From: Methanobacteriota archaeon
GTDB lineage: Archaea; Thermoplasmatota; Poseidoniia; Poseidoniales; Poseidoniaceae
Direction of reading: 5' to 3'
DNA length: 44,365 nucleotides
Assembly (NCBI GenBank): GCA_018650165.1
Contig: JABIGM010000021.1
Coordinates: 1 to 44,365 of the forward strand
In this document: positions 28,017-37,316 of the stretch, piece after piece
Position numbering within the stretch: position 1 is the stretch's first letter
Layout of the letters: each line of letters starts with the position of its first letter
The notes under the pieces: model-generated
What the model was told of the DNA's origin: nothing
What the model saw: the letters and a program-made list of their open reading frames with translations, nothing else
The model's database searches: none
Position numbers and translations under genes: made by a program

Positions 28017-28688
28017 TCACTGGGACTCATCATTATCCTGAACGAGTTTAGTAAACACGCCATCTTCGGCATTTTTCTCAAAATATTCAGTTCGAACAAG
28101 ATCTCCCAATCGCTCAACTCCATACTCTACAAGGTCGGGGTCGTTTGCCTCAGCCTTTTCCCATCGCCGTTGAGCAACACCGGCATAGTCGACATTTGCT
28201 TGTTCAACTAATTTTTCTCCAGGCGTCAATTCTCCTTCAAGTCCAGAGTATTTTTCTCCTTCAATAATTGCATCTCGGCGTGTTGGCTCATGGCCCAACT
28301 TGAAATCGGTCTTCCCCCAATCCGGCCCGGATGGGTCGCCGCCCCTTGTCAATGTTGGATTAATATCCTCCATTCCCGGCTCAATCCAGTCCGACAAATG
28401 TTCTAAATAGGCTAGATAGCGTTCTTCTTTGTCATCAATATCCAAAATATGCGTCATATCATATCTCGAAGCAAATGTTTCTTCATTTGCATGAAAGAAG
28501 GCGGCAAAAAGAATTAACGTACAACCAATAGCGAGTGCGATGAAGTGCCCTCCTGTAGACAACGGATCTGCGGCACCCAACCCTAAAATAACTGCAAACG
28601 CAATTGAAATAATTCCTATACTTAGACAAATACTAAACGCAGTTGAACGTAATTTGAGATGTCTTAATTCTCGGATTGAGTCGACCAT
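28017..28688 (-). CDS. Hypothetical membrane protein (2 N-terminal TM, acidic cytoplasmic domain)
   Basis: 223-aa ORF with SD-like GGTG upstream; in a co-oriented run. Confidence 0.7.
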   Translation of the reverse strand: MVDSIRELRHLKLRSTAFSICLSIGIISIAFAVILGLGAADPLSTGGHFIALAIGCTLILFAAFFHANEETFASRYDMTHILDIDDKEERYLAYLEHLSDWIEPGMEDINPTLTRGGDPSGPDWGKTDFKLGHEPTRRDAIIEGEKYSGLEGELTPGEKLVEQANVDYAGVAQRRWEKAEANDPDLVEYGVERLGDLVRTEYFEKNAEDGVFTKLVQDNDESQ

Positions 28689-28697
28689 AAAACCACA

Positions 28698-29273
28698 TCA
28701 AGCCAGTAGGGATATGATGTCGTCAGTCATTGCAGGTGTTGAATTGTTCTCTTGAGTGAGTACAGAATCCCTCATATTGATGTGTTGACGAGGTTCTAGG
28801 GCTAACTTTTCAAGAACTATCGAAAGAACTTCCTGTACACGAGATGTTTGTTGGCCCTGTGATATAATCATGCGCTCAAGGGATTCAAGAGTTTCGAAGG
28901 AACGGTCAGTAGAACGATCTAGAGCAACTCTCTGCGCATCCATTGCTTCTTCTTGTCGCGCTAATAATTCTCTGGCCGCAGGACTCCCAATGGCATCTCT
29001 GCGGTAAAGTTCTTCTAATGCTGCTCGAAGATCAGTAGTAGTGACATCCAGGGCTCTTTTCATGTCACTGATTTGATGTATTGCAATGTTTAGCTCAGTC
29101 TGCAGCCCACTAGCCTTGTGTTTTAGATGACTCCTTGTGCTAGCTTGAAATATTGATTCCATGATGAATGCAGTAGAGATGCCTATACCGATTGCAAATT
29201 TCGGCGGGGTATCCATCATAGACATGAGCGCCCAAGCGGCAACTCCAATTATTATCGACCTTCCAATTCCCAT
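28698..29273 (-). CDS. Hypothetical membrane-anchored coiled-coil protein
   Basis: Two short N-terminal hydrophobic segments, then heptad-like helical sequence. Confidence 0.65.
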   Translation of the reverse strand: MGIGRSIIIGVAAWALMSMMDTPPKFAIGIGISTAFIMESIFQASTRSHLKHKASGLQTELNIAIHQISDMKRALDVTTTDLRAALEELYRRDAIGSPAARELLARQEEAMDAQRVALDRSTDRSFETLESLERMIISQGQQTSRVQEVLSIVLEKLALEPRQHINMRDSVLTQENNSTPAMTDDIISLLA

Positions 29274-29336
29274 ACCAATAGATATGTTGCCGCACTATAT
29301 TGAGAAGTAGTAGGGTATCCGTGGGCTCCCACGTTT

Positions 29337-29951
29337 TTACTCATCGGGGACGAAGCAATTGTCATCAACTTCGTGAATTTGACCAGTCATTAACAAGTGG
29401 TCCAGTGCTTCTTCACACTCTTCAGGAGCAATTCCATTGCCCAATAACGGTGAAAACAGGTCATCTAGGTCAGCCCAACTTGCTCCGCTGCCAACTTTTT
29501 CTTGTACAATAATCAACATCATTTGGGCAGTTACTGCTAGGAGAGGGTCATCACAATTATCATCGGGAAGTAGATTGATGAACGTGCCTGCAGGATGAGG
29601 CTCAATATCGACGATTTCTTCGATACGGTTTGTCAGATGCTTTAAGGAGAGAGGTATATCGAAGCAATCGAATAAATTGGTTTGCCCCTGCGGGATTTCA
29701 CGGATATCTTCAGGCGCTAGGCGATTAGCTAGGGATGTTAGACGATGTATTCGCTGCTCAAGTTGCAACTTTTCTCTATCAATATCCATTTCAATTAATG
29801 CAATATCTTCATTGGCTTTTTTTATGAGCCAATCTTCAATATTAAAATTGGAGTCAATTCCAATCATCACATCTACCAATCGCTTTACGGCTAGAGGCAT
29901 TTGCTCAATTCGCAATTTCGCTTCCGTCTTATCGCGAGAGTCCTCAGCCAT
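29337..29951 (-). CDS. Hypothetical protein with coiled coil and C-terminal winged-helix-like domain
   Basis: IEMDIDREKLQLEQRIHRLTSL coiled coil; C-terminal LDDLF...ECEEALDHLLMTGQIHEVDDNCF resembles RPA32-C/MCM-type WH tails. Confidence 0.65.
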   Translation of the reverse strand: MAEDSRDKTEAKLRIEQMPLAVKRLVDVMIGIDSNFNIEDWLIKKANEDIALIEMDIDREKLQLEQRIHRLTSLANRLAPEDIREIPQGQTNLFDCFDIPLSLKHLTNRIEEIVDIEPHPAGTFINLLPDDNCDDPLLAVTAQMMLIIVQEKVGSGASWADLDDLFSPLLGNGIAPEECEEALDHLLMTGQIHEVDDNCFVPDE

Positions 29952-30138
29952 GATAGTAAGCGGTGTTGTGGCGCTCCATAAAGATACAGTATGCAATAGC
30001 GAGGTATACTTCGATTGGAGTTGTGATGTACTGCGCGGATATCATCTCTCAAAGCGTCTTCCAGTGGACAAGAACCTCAAATATGTTCCAAAGTTAACAT
30101 GGGAGCGCGTTCATGTAGGGGCGACTTATGGCACGGAT

Positions 30139-31320
30139 ATGAGCGACCACCGTATCGCAATCTTGCCCGGAGATGGAACTGGCCGAGAAGTAGCGGTTGA
30201 AGCGATGCGAATTTTGGACACCGTCCAAACTCATACCAATCATGGGTTTGAACAGGTTGTAATTCCATGTGGTGGGCAACACTACAAAAAAACCGGCGAA
30301 GAATGGGCAGAAGGGTCATTTGAATTTTGTCGAGATGAGGCCGATGCAATTTATTTAGGCGCAATCGGCCATCCTGGCGCAACGTTACCCAACGGCGATC
30401 TTGCCGGGGGCTCAGTAATTTTAGGTATGCGAAGCGGCTTAGACCTATATGCAAATGTTAGACCGATCAAACTGTATGAAGGTGTACCGCATAAGATTCA
30501 TGGTAAATTTACACAAGTATGGCAACCGGGTATGGTTGATATGACTATCCTGAGAGAAAATACAGAAGGATTGTACCATTCATTGCTGAGAAGAAGCGCT
30601 GACCGAGCATTAGGCAGAGACCCATACGAACCCCCGGAACTTAATTTCCCTGGTTTGTCGGGAGAAGTTGCTTATGATCCACGACCAATTTCCTCCGACG
30701 GTAGTGAACGCCTGATTCGCATGGGTTTTGAAATTGCAGAAACCAGAAACGGCGCGCCAGTAGATGGGGTTCAAAGAGTAACCTGTGTCGATAAATCAAA
30801 TGTCACTAGAGGATGTCAATTATTCCGCCGCGTATTTGATAGCGTCGCAACAAATTACCCAAATAGCGAACTAGATTACAGTTATATCGACGCTTTCATG
30901 CAATGGCTAACCCGCTCTCCTGAGTACTACGATGTGGTTGTCACTTCCAATATGTTTGGAGACATTGCAACCGATTTGGGTGCAGTATTACAGGGTGGCA
31001 TGGGAATGGCTGCTTCTGGAAATATTGGAGACGAAAGAGCATTTTTCGAACCAGTCCATGGCTCCGCCCCCAAACATGCAGGCAAGAACAAGGTCAACCC
31101 TATCGCTTCAATTAATTCCATCCAAATGATGCTTGATTGGCTGGGCCGTAAAGACGATGAAGAAGAATTGGTAATGATTGCAAAACTCATTGATGATAGT
31201 GTTGCAGACCACCTTCGTGATGGCAAATCTCTGACCTATGACCTTGGCGGCACAGCCACCTGTTCCGATGTCGGAGAATCTATTTCGGACCGCCTTTCAG
31301 TCAAACTCAAAGAATTGTGA
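30139..31320 (+). CDS. Isocitrate/isopropylmalate (beta-decarboxylating) dehydrogenase family enzyme
   Basis: IAILPGDGTGREV, LYANVRP, RENTEGLY, VDKSNV, NMFGDIATD, EPVHGSAP, NPIA, TYDLGG. Confidence 0.93.
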   Translation: MSDHRIAILPGDGTGREVAVEAMRILDTVQTHTNHGFEQVVIPCGGQHYKKTGEEWAEGSFEFCRDEADAIYLGAIGHPGATLPNGDLAGGSVILGMRSGLDLYANVRPIKLYEGVPHKIHGKFTQVWQPGMVDMTILRENTEGLYHSLLRRSADRALGRDPYEPPELNFPGLSGEVAYDPRPISSDGSERLIRMGFEIAETRNGAPVDGVQRVTCVDKSNVTRGCQLFRRVFDSVATNYPNSELDYSYIDAFMQWLTRSPEYYDVVVTSNMFGDIATDLGAVLQGGMGMAASGNIGDERAFFEPVHGSAPKHAGKNKVNPIASINSIQMMLDWLGRKDDEEELVMIAKLIDDSVADHLRDGKSLTYDLGGTATCSDVGESISDRLSVKLKEL

Positions 31321-31326
31321 GAATAA

Positions 31327-32073
31327 TTATTCGAATTTCTTCGACATGGTTTTTACTATATGGTTTAGAGCATCTTGTAGAGCTTGGTCATTATTCCAAT
31401 CAGTGATTTCTGGTTTTTGTGGTATTAGTTGCACCAAGTTCTTTGCAACTCTTGTAACTTCATCTACGACTGCCACAGTTCCAGTTCTGGCTGAGCGTGA
31501 AAGTGGATTAAGATCGATAACTAGTACCTCTTTACCCATTGCAATTAGCGCTTCACACCTATCACCATCTTCCAATGGTACAAGGATTGTATCGGCTTCA
31601 AAAATCCCCTTCTGTTGGCAGGCTGCTCTCGGCCCTTCTAGTCCAGGAATGCGGGCATCAGGAACCCCTCCAAGAATTTCAACATCTAAATCAAGATTGG
31701 TATTCAATAATTTAAGATGGGCTAATAGAGCACCCATTCTTTGTGGTGTACGATAAAAGATATTGATTTCAATAGGGCACCCTAGTTGACTTGCAATTAG
31801 TAAAAACTCTCGAGCAGCGAGTGCAATTGCATTACCATTTAATGATAAAACAGGTTTTTTTGCTTTGACAAGCCTTGCAGCAACTTCCTTTGTTGCCGCA
31901 AATGCAGAATCAATAGTTTGCTCACTAAGGAGGTAATCAAAAGCCTCACCCCTACCATGCGCAATCATTGCAGATTCGGCCAACATTCCTTTTGCTCCAG
32001 CGTCTGAAACCTTCTTTCGCATCATTAGAGATTGGTAACGTGGATGGCTCGGGTCTGCAATTTCTTCAGTCAT
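31327..32073 (-). CDS. pps: 4-phosphopantoate--beta-alanine ligase (archaeal phosphopantothenate synthetase)
   Basis: HPRYQSL, MIAHGRGEAFDYLL, VLSLNGN, EINIFYRT, VPLEDGDR, IDLNPLSR. Confidence 0.95.
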   Translation of the reverse strand: MTEEIADPSHPRYQSLMMRKKVSDAGAKGMLAESAMIAHGRGEAFDYLLSEQTIDSAFAATKEVAARLVKAKKPVLSLNGNAIALAAREFLLIASQLGCPIEINIFYRTPQRMGALLAHLKLLNTNLDLDVEILGGVPDARIPGLEGPRAACQQKGIFEADTILVPLEDGDRCEALIAMGKEVLVIDLNPLSRSARTGTVAVVDEVTRVAKNLVQLIPQKPEITDWNNDQALQDALNHIVKTMSKKFE

Positions 32074-32082
32074 ATTTATTCC

Positions 32083-33027
32083 TCAATTATTTTCAACTAG
32101 CATTGATATATCTAGTGGAGTAGTTCCGCGATTAATTGTACTGGTCGAAAGAACATCCAACCCACATTCGCGCCAATCTTCTAGATTTTCAAGAACAACG
32201 CCTCCACTTGCTTCAAGCACCACATGTTCTCGCAATCCCATTTCAGTAAGTTCATTGGCAACAGCCTTACAACGTTCTGGGCCAAAATTATCCAACATGA
32301 TTACCAATCGGTCACATCCCTCAATCATTCTCTTTTCTGACCAAGCAAATGCCGCCATTATTGCTTCCTTTTCGTCGCGAACTTCTATTTCTAGAAAGGC
32401 ACCGCACTCATCAATATTGACCTCAGCAAGATATTTGGTAATACGAGCAGCATTGCCTTGAATTTCAGGATACATTACGGCAATATCGTTTTCTTTAATC
32501 ATAAGAGCATCTTGTTTCGTAAGCCTATGTGTTAGTCCGCCACCCATGTGAACGGCCCACTTGTCTAGCAATCCCCAAATTGTTTTCCTTGTACAGGCAA
32601 TTTGACCCGGGGCTTTAGATGACCAGCGCTTAGATTCGGTGGCAATACCCGATAATTGACCTAGAATATTGAGAATAGTTCTCTCCATTGCTAATACAGC
32701 GCCTTTTTCACCACTTAAGATTGCAATTTCATCTCCCGGCGTGACTCTGCGCCCTTCGCCATGAGACCAAGAAATCTGTAAACTTCCTGCCCAAATTTGT
32801 AGCATATGTTCAACAGCTGCACACCCAACTAAAATGCCATCACTGCGAGCCACAATTTTAGCATCAATTGAATCAGAGCCGCCCATGAATGGCATATCAA
32901 TACCATCATCGGCAAGAAGGGAACTAGTCCATCTGTCAATACTAGATATCAGCATCCGTGTAGGCCCAGCAGAAGGGTCCCATAAAACCGCGCCCCTATC
33001 ATGAGGGGGAGGAGATTTTCCAGCCAT
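32083..33027 (-). CDS. nadC: Nicotinate-nucleotide pyrophosphorylase (quinolinate phosphoribosyltransferase)
   Basis: ERTILN...SGIAT, TRKT, HRL...LIKEN, EIEV, IMLDNF, EASGG, LDIS. Confidence 0.9.
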   Translation of the reverse strand: MAGKSPPPHDRGAVLWDPSAGPTRMLISSIDRWTSSLLADDGIDMPFMGGSDSIDAKIVARSDGILVGCAAVEHMLQIWAGSLQISWSHGEGRRVTPGDEIAILSGEKGAVLAMERTILNILGQLSGIATESKRWSSKAPGQIACTRKTIWGLLDKWAVHMGGGLTHRLTKQDALMIKENDIAVMYPEIQGNAARITKYLAEVNIDECGAFLEIEVRDEKEAIMAAFAWSEKRMIEGCDRLVIMLDNFGPERCKAVANELTEMGLREHVVLEASGGVVLENLEDWRECGLDVLSTSTINRGTTPLDISMLVENN

Positions 33028-33080
33028 GTTTGGCGCTAGAGGTACGAGGACTTCATGGTTATGCACTACTTGGCATGTGC

Positions 33081-33974
33081 ATGAAGCGGGTTCTCGTAGT
33101 TGGCGCGGGCATCCGAGGATTAGTTACTGCGGCACGTGAACATCTCGCTAACAATCAAGTATTCATTATTGAAAAACGAAAGAGAATAGGGGGCAGGGGG
33201 ACCAGCGAGGAGTCCCACGGCCATCAATTAGAACATGGTCCCCATCTTTTGTTAAAGGGCGGAGAATTGCATAAAATGATCAAAAAGGTCAGCCGAGTAA
33301 AGCCATCTTTAAGACCAATAATGCCGCACAAAGTACTGATTGTTGACCATGGTATGCTTCAACCGTTGAATAACCCAAAACAAATGCTGGCCCATAAATT
33401 AGGAAAAGACCCAATCAGAGATGAAGCAATTCTTCTTCTTTCTGGATGGGGGCAAGATCACCCTGAAAGGCGTAAGGCTCTGATGAAAGGTAGATTGTGT
33501 GTTGTAGGAGAAGGCTGGGCTGGATTAATTGGAAGGCTTGCATCAACTCTTGAAGAAGTCGGAGTCCCGATTCAAACCGGAATGAAAATTGTCGAGCAAT
33601 ACGATGGTGGCGTTGTTACTTCAAAGGGTCTGAAAGTTGAAGCAGATATTGTGAAAATGTGTGATGGCTCTCCCGAGGGCGAAGCGATCAAAGTATCTAC
33701 ACTAGATGTTGTTTTAGATAACAAACCACTCAAGGGGTTACACGGGATAATCAAAGAAGATGTAGCAATAATTGATCTCGCAGCAATACATTCGCTAAAA
33801 GCTCCAGGAATGTCACACTTCTCATGCATATCTCTTACCAGAGGGGTCTCAGCGATTGAGGATTTACTCGATGAAAGAGTATCAGGCTGGCGTTCTCATA
33901 TAATCACAAAAAGGGCCAATGAATCGATTACACTTACCGATTCAACAGGCCATCTTTCAGATGGTGTCATTTGA
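33081..33974 (+). CDS. FAD/NAD(P)-binding oxidoreductase (amine-oxidase/phytoene-desaturase-type N-terminus)
   Basis: VLVVGAGIRG, EKRKRIGGR, LEHGPH. Confidence 0.7.
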   Translation: MKRVLVVGAGIRGLVTAAREHLANNQVFIIEKRKRIGGRGTSEESHGHQLEHGPHLLLKGGELHKMIKKVSRVKPSLRPIMPHKVLIVDHGMLQPLNNPKQMLAHKLGKDPIRDEAILLLSGWGQDHPERRKALMKGRLCVVGEGWAGLIGRLASTLEEVGVPIQTGMKIVEQYDGGVVTSKGLKVEADIVKMCDGSPEGEAIKVSTLDVVLDNKPLKGLHGIIKEDVAIIDLAAIHSLKAPGMSHFSCISLTRGVSAIEDLLDERVSGWRSHIITKRANESITLTDSTGHLSDGVI

Positions 33975-33999
33975 AAGACTAACAGGAGGTGGGCCGACT

Positions 34000-34776
34000 A
34001 TGCGAATTGTTACATGGAACGTTAATGGAATACGAGCTGCAATTCGCAAGGGCTTAGATCGATTCATCAAGAATATCGATGCTGATATCTGGATGCTACA
34101 AGAGACCCGCTGTCTAGAAGAGCAACTACCCAAAGAATGGGCCATTCCAGAAGGCAGTGAAATGATACTCCACCCTGCGCAAAAGAAAGGGTATTCTGGG
34201 GTTGCAACAATTTCTAAATCATCAATGATAGAAGTTGAAAGAGGAATGGGGGGAGACATTGATCCAAATGATTCTGAAGGCCGAGTACTAGTTACAAAAC
34301 ACGGCGATATTACATTGGTAAACACATACCTTCCAAGCGGCTCTTCAAAGGAAGAACGTCAGAACTACAAAGAAACTTGGATGGCTCAGTGGAGAGAATA
34401 TATTAGGCCATTTCTTGAATCTGAAGAAGCGGTTATAGTAGCAGGCGACCTTAATATCGCACATACAGAAAATGATATTTGGAATCCCAAAGGAAATGCA
34501 AAAAGTAGTGGTTTTCTCCCCCATGAGCGTGAATGGTTTAGTGATTTACTCAATGAAGGGTGGCACGATTTATTCAGAGAGCATGTAGGAGAGGATGCGA
34601 AAATATTCTCTTGGTGGTCAAACCGTGGTCAAGCAAGAGCCAAGGATAGGGGTTGGAGAATTGATTATTTATTGGGGAATCAAGTTGCAGCAGACCGGTT
34701 AAAATCTGTAAAAATCGACAGAGATGGTGGCTTAGAAGTGAGTGACCACGCACCAGTTATTCTTGATTTAAATTAA
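34000..34776 (+). CDS. xth: Exodeoxyribonuclease III / AP endonuclease
   Basis: TWNVNGIRA, LQETR, GYSGVA, EGRV, YLPSG, GDLNIAH, SWWS.R, GWRIDY, SDHAP. Confidence 0.96.
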   Translation: MRIVTWNVNGIRAAIRKGLDRFIKNIDADIWMLQETRCLEEQLPKEWAIPEGSEMILHPAQKKGYSGVATISKSSMIEVERGMGGDIDPNDSEGRVLVTKHGDITLVNTYLPSGSSKEERQNYKETWMAQWREYIRPFLESEEAVIVAGDLNIAHTENDIWNPKGNAKSSGFLPHEREWFSDLLNEGWHDLFREHVGEDAKIFSWWSNRGQARAKDRGWRIDYLLGNQVAADRLKSVKIDRDGGLEVSDHAPVILDLN

Positions 34777-34982
34777 TCATAATCTGAAAAAAGTGCCAAC
34801 GTTGCATCAACACTTTCTCTTAATTGCTCTAAACTATCTCCCTCAATAGTGATTGTTAAGGTTGCTAAATCATTGGAAACAACTAATTCTGATTTCACAT
34901 TATCCGGTACAAGATTGGAAAGGCGTTGCCCGATTTCAACCGAACCACTCCATTCTAGAACGGCGGTGAATTTCTCGGCCAT
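34773..34982 (-). CDS. pcc1: Probable KEOPS complex subunit Pcc1
   Basis: 69 aa; TLTITIEGDSLEQLRESVDATL matches the Pcc1 L.I.I...D...LR...N..L pattern. Confidence 0.6.
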   Translation of the reverse strand: MAEKFTAVLEWSGSVEIGQRLSNLVPDNVKSELVVSNDLATLTITIEGDSLEQLRESVDATLALFSDYD

Positions 34983-35027
34983 ACTACAAACTAGCGACTC
35001 TACCAAATGAGAGTTGCGACTCTTGGC

Positions 35028-36386
35028 ATGACTCTTTCAACCAAACCTCTTCACAGTTACATGGATGAGCCAATTCCAGTTCTAGCCGGTACCGGCGGAG
35101 TTGCACTTGGTGAAGCAAGAACAAACCATGAAGGCCGCCGCGCAATTCTATTGCATAAAGAGGGGGAGCCATCTGAGTTGATCGCATTAGCAGAAACAAT
35201 GGGAATAAAAATTGTTGATATCCAACATCAAAAAGGAGTTGAAAACCCCCGCACATATTTTGGGAAAGGGCGACTTCAAGATGTAGCAGATGAGATTTCT
35301 AGTGCGGTTGAAGGCCACCCATGGCATGGCGTAGATTTGGTTATAATCCATTCCAATGCTTCGCCTGGGCAATTGGTAAGCGTCCATGAATTCGTTCAAG
35401 TCGAAGTATGGGACCGAGTGCGATTACTCCTTTCTCTGTTCATTTCTCATGCTGGTAGTGTAGAAGCACGAACCCAAGTTAGAATTGCTCAATTACAAGC
35501 AGATAGGACAGTCTTGAGAGAATTAGTAAATCAACAAACTACCGGAGAAAGAGCAGGATTTGGCGGGGGGGGTAAACAAGCGATTCAAGGTGTGCTGACT
35601 ACAGTTTCAAGGGAATTGACTCAATTAAAAAAGAAGCAACAAAAACACGCCATAGCTCGAAAAGAACGCCGTAGACAACGGATTAAAGGTGGAGCGAGAA
35701 CCGTGGGCCTTGCAGGTTATACAAATGCAGGCAAATCTTCGTTATTCCACGCGCTTTCAGGCAAAAAAGTCCTTGTAGAAGACAAACTGTTTTCCACTTT
35801 GGAAACCACAGTTGGTAGGATGGAAATGAGCCCAAGGATTCTTCTTGCAGATACGATTGGATTCATAGACGAACTTCCTTCAGATCTTCTAGATGCATTC
35901 CACGCAACTCTTGATGAATCATTACGCTGCGACCTCCTTCTTTTACTTGCAGATAGCAGTGATGAAACTAGCGAATTAAAAAGGAAACTTTCCACATCGC
36001 GACGAGAAGTTCTCGATAGAAACACCGGCGAGGCACTTCACATGAAAGTCGTTCTAACCAAGAGCGATAAAGGAGGAGACATCGAAGAAGCCCAGGAAGT
36101 AGTCAGAACAATGGGCTTACCCGATGCATTGGTTGTATCTTCTCACATAGGCCAAGGTTTGGAGGAATTGAGAGAATCGATAATGTATTCATTATATGGA
36201 CCTAAAACCACGTTAATTGTTTCACAAGGCCTCCCCGGTTCTAGAAGCCCGGAAGCCTACGTAAGCCAAATCTATGACCTAGGAATCGTGACAGATAAAA
36301 TCGGATTCGAACTTACATTGTGGTGTGGCCAAGCCGAACTTCAGCGATTAATCGCTAATTCTGAGGGACGCGTCTCTATCAAGTAG
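35028..36386 (+). CDS. hflX: GTPase HflX
   Basis: YFGKGRL, VEVWDR, GFGGGG, G1 GYTNAGKSS, G2 LFSTL, G3 DTIGF, G4 TKSD. Exact start uncertain (35007/35028/35061). Confidence 0.93.
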   Translation: MTLSTKPLHSYMDEPIPVLAGTGGVALGEARTNHEGRRAILLHKEGEPSELIALAETMGIKIVDIQHQKGVENPRTYFGKGRLQDVADEISSAVEGHPWHGVDLVIIHSNASPGQLVSVHEFVQVEVWDRVRLLLSLFISHAGSVEARTQVRIAQLQADRTVLRELVNQQTTGERAGFGGGGKQAIQGVLTTVSRELTQLKKKQQKHAIARKERRRQRIKGGARTVGLAGYTNAGKSSLFHALSGKKVLVEDKLFSTLETTVGRMEMSPRILLADTIGFIDELPSDLLDAFHATLDESLRCDLLLLLADSSDETSELKRKLSTSRREVLDRNTGEALHMKVVLTKSDKGGDIEEAQEVVRTMGLPDALVVSSHIGQGLEELRESIMYSLYGPKTTLIVSQGLPGSRSPEAYVSQIYDLGIVTDKIGFELTLWCGQAELQRLIANSEGRVSIK

Positions 36387-36401
36387 GACGGACGTATAGG
36401 C

Positions 36402-37277
36402 ATGACAATGGCAGAACTCCTCGAAGACATAGAAGGTCTGCCTGAGGCGGAACCTGTTTTCCAATCAAGCGGAGTTGTATTCGAAGTAAAGAGCGAAGAC
36501 GGCCACCCCGTATTACGGATGATTGGTATTTTTGTATTCATTATCTGTGGCCTTGGAATTGCAAACGGACTTGATTTTATCAGTCCAGAATCTGGATTAG
36601 TTCGTCCACATGAATGGATTAACGGAATGGCAAAAGGAGCACCCTTTGACTCAGCAGACTTTTCTGGCACGGTATATTCAGACGGCAACCCCGTAGTAAA
36701 TGCAACTGTTGTTATTGAAATCACCCATGAAGATGGAACGTTAGATGCAATGAGAATTCAAACAAACGAACAAGGAGAATTTTCGTTCTCTGGAGCCACG
36801 CCCGGGCTAACCTCAATAAAGATCACGAGATGGAATTCTGATGATATGCACGATACAGTTTATCACAGAATTATTCTCAACCCCCCCTCGCCAATGGAAT
36901 CTAGAGGATTCAGTACAATTAATTTCGACTTACCAGTAACTACCGATTTTGATAATGAGGATTGTGCAAATGAAAATTTGAATGGTTCTTGCTTTAGAGA
37001 AATAAACTATCACGATGAGGAAATGGAATTTCCTCTAATCGATGAATCCGCAGCAGGATTGTATATTACAGTCGGATGGGCAATGATTGGCCTATCATTA
37101 ATCGCCTCAGGCTTCGCCTTTGTTGGAATAAAGAAAGGGTCGAGAGGTATGATTCAAACCTCTTGTGTTCTTGTCTTTTTCACTGCTGGACACTACTACA
37201 GCGCATGTTTATTTTCGATAATGGCCTTCGCCCTGACATTTACAGTACCTCGTAAGTCGCTAATTATAGATGCTTGA
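36402..37277 (+). CDS. Membrane protein with carboxypeptidase-regulatory-like (SdrD/CnaB-type) beta domain
   Basis: TM, then FSGTVYSDGNPVVNATV...TNEQGEFSF, then C-terminal TM helices. Confidence 0.7.
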   Translation: MTMAELLEDIEGLPEAEPVFQSSGVVFEVKSEDGHPVLRMIGIFVFIICGLGIANGLDFISPESGLVRPHEWINGMAKGAPFDSADFSGTVYSDGNPVVNATVVIEITHEDGTLDAMRIQTNEQGEFSFSGATPGLTSIKITRWNSDDMHDTVYHRIILNPPSPMESRGFSTINFDLPVTTDFDNEDCANENLNGSCFREINYHDEEMEFPLIDESAAGLYITVGWAMIGLSLIASGFAFVGIKKGSRGMIQTSCVLVFFTAGHYYSACLFSIMAFALTFTVPRKSLIIDA

Positions 37278-37316
37278 GGCCGACACCCTATTCCCTTCAT
37301 CCCAGTTGGCCATAAC

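Noticed and set aside
29677-30138. 154-aa N-terminal extension of the dehydrogenase suggested by the ORF track (start 29677)
   Set aside because: It overlaps the opposite-strand gene 29337-29951; family homology starts at MSDHRIAILPGDG (ATG 30139).
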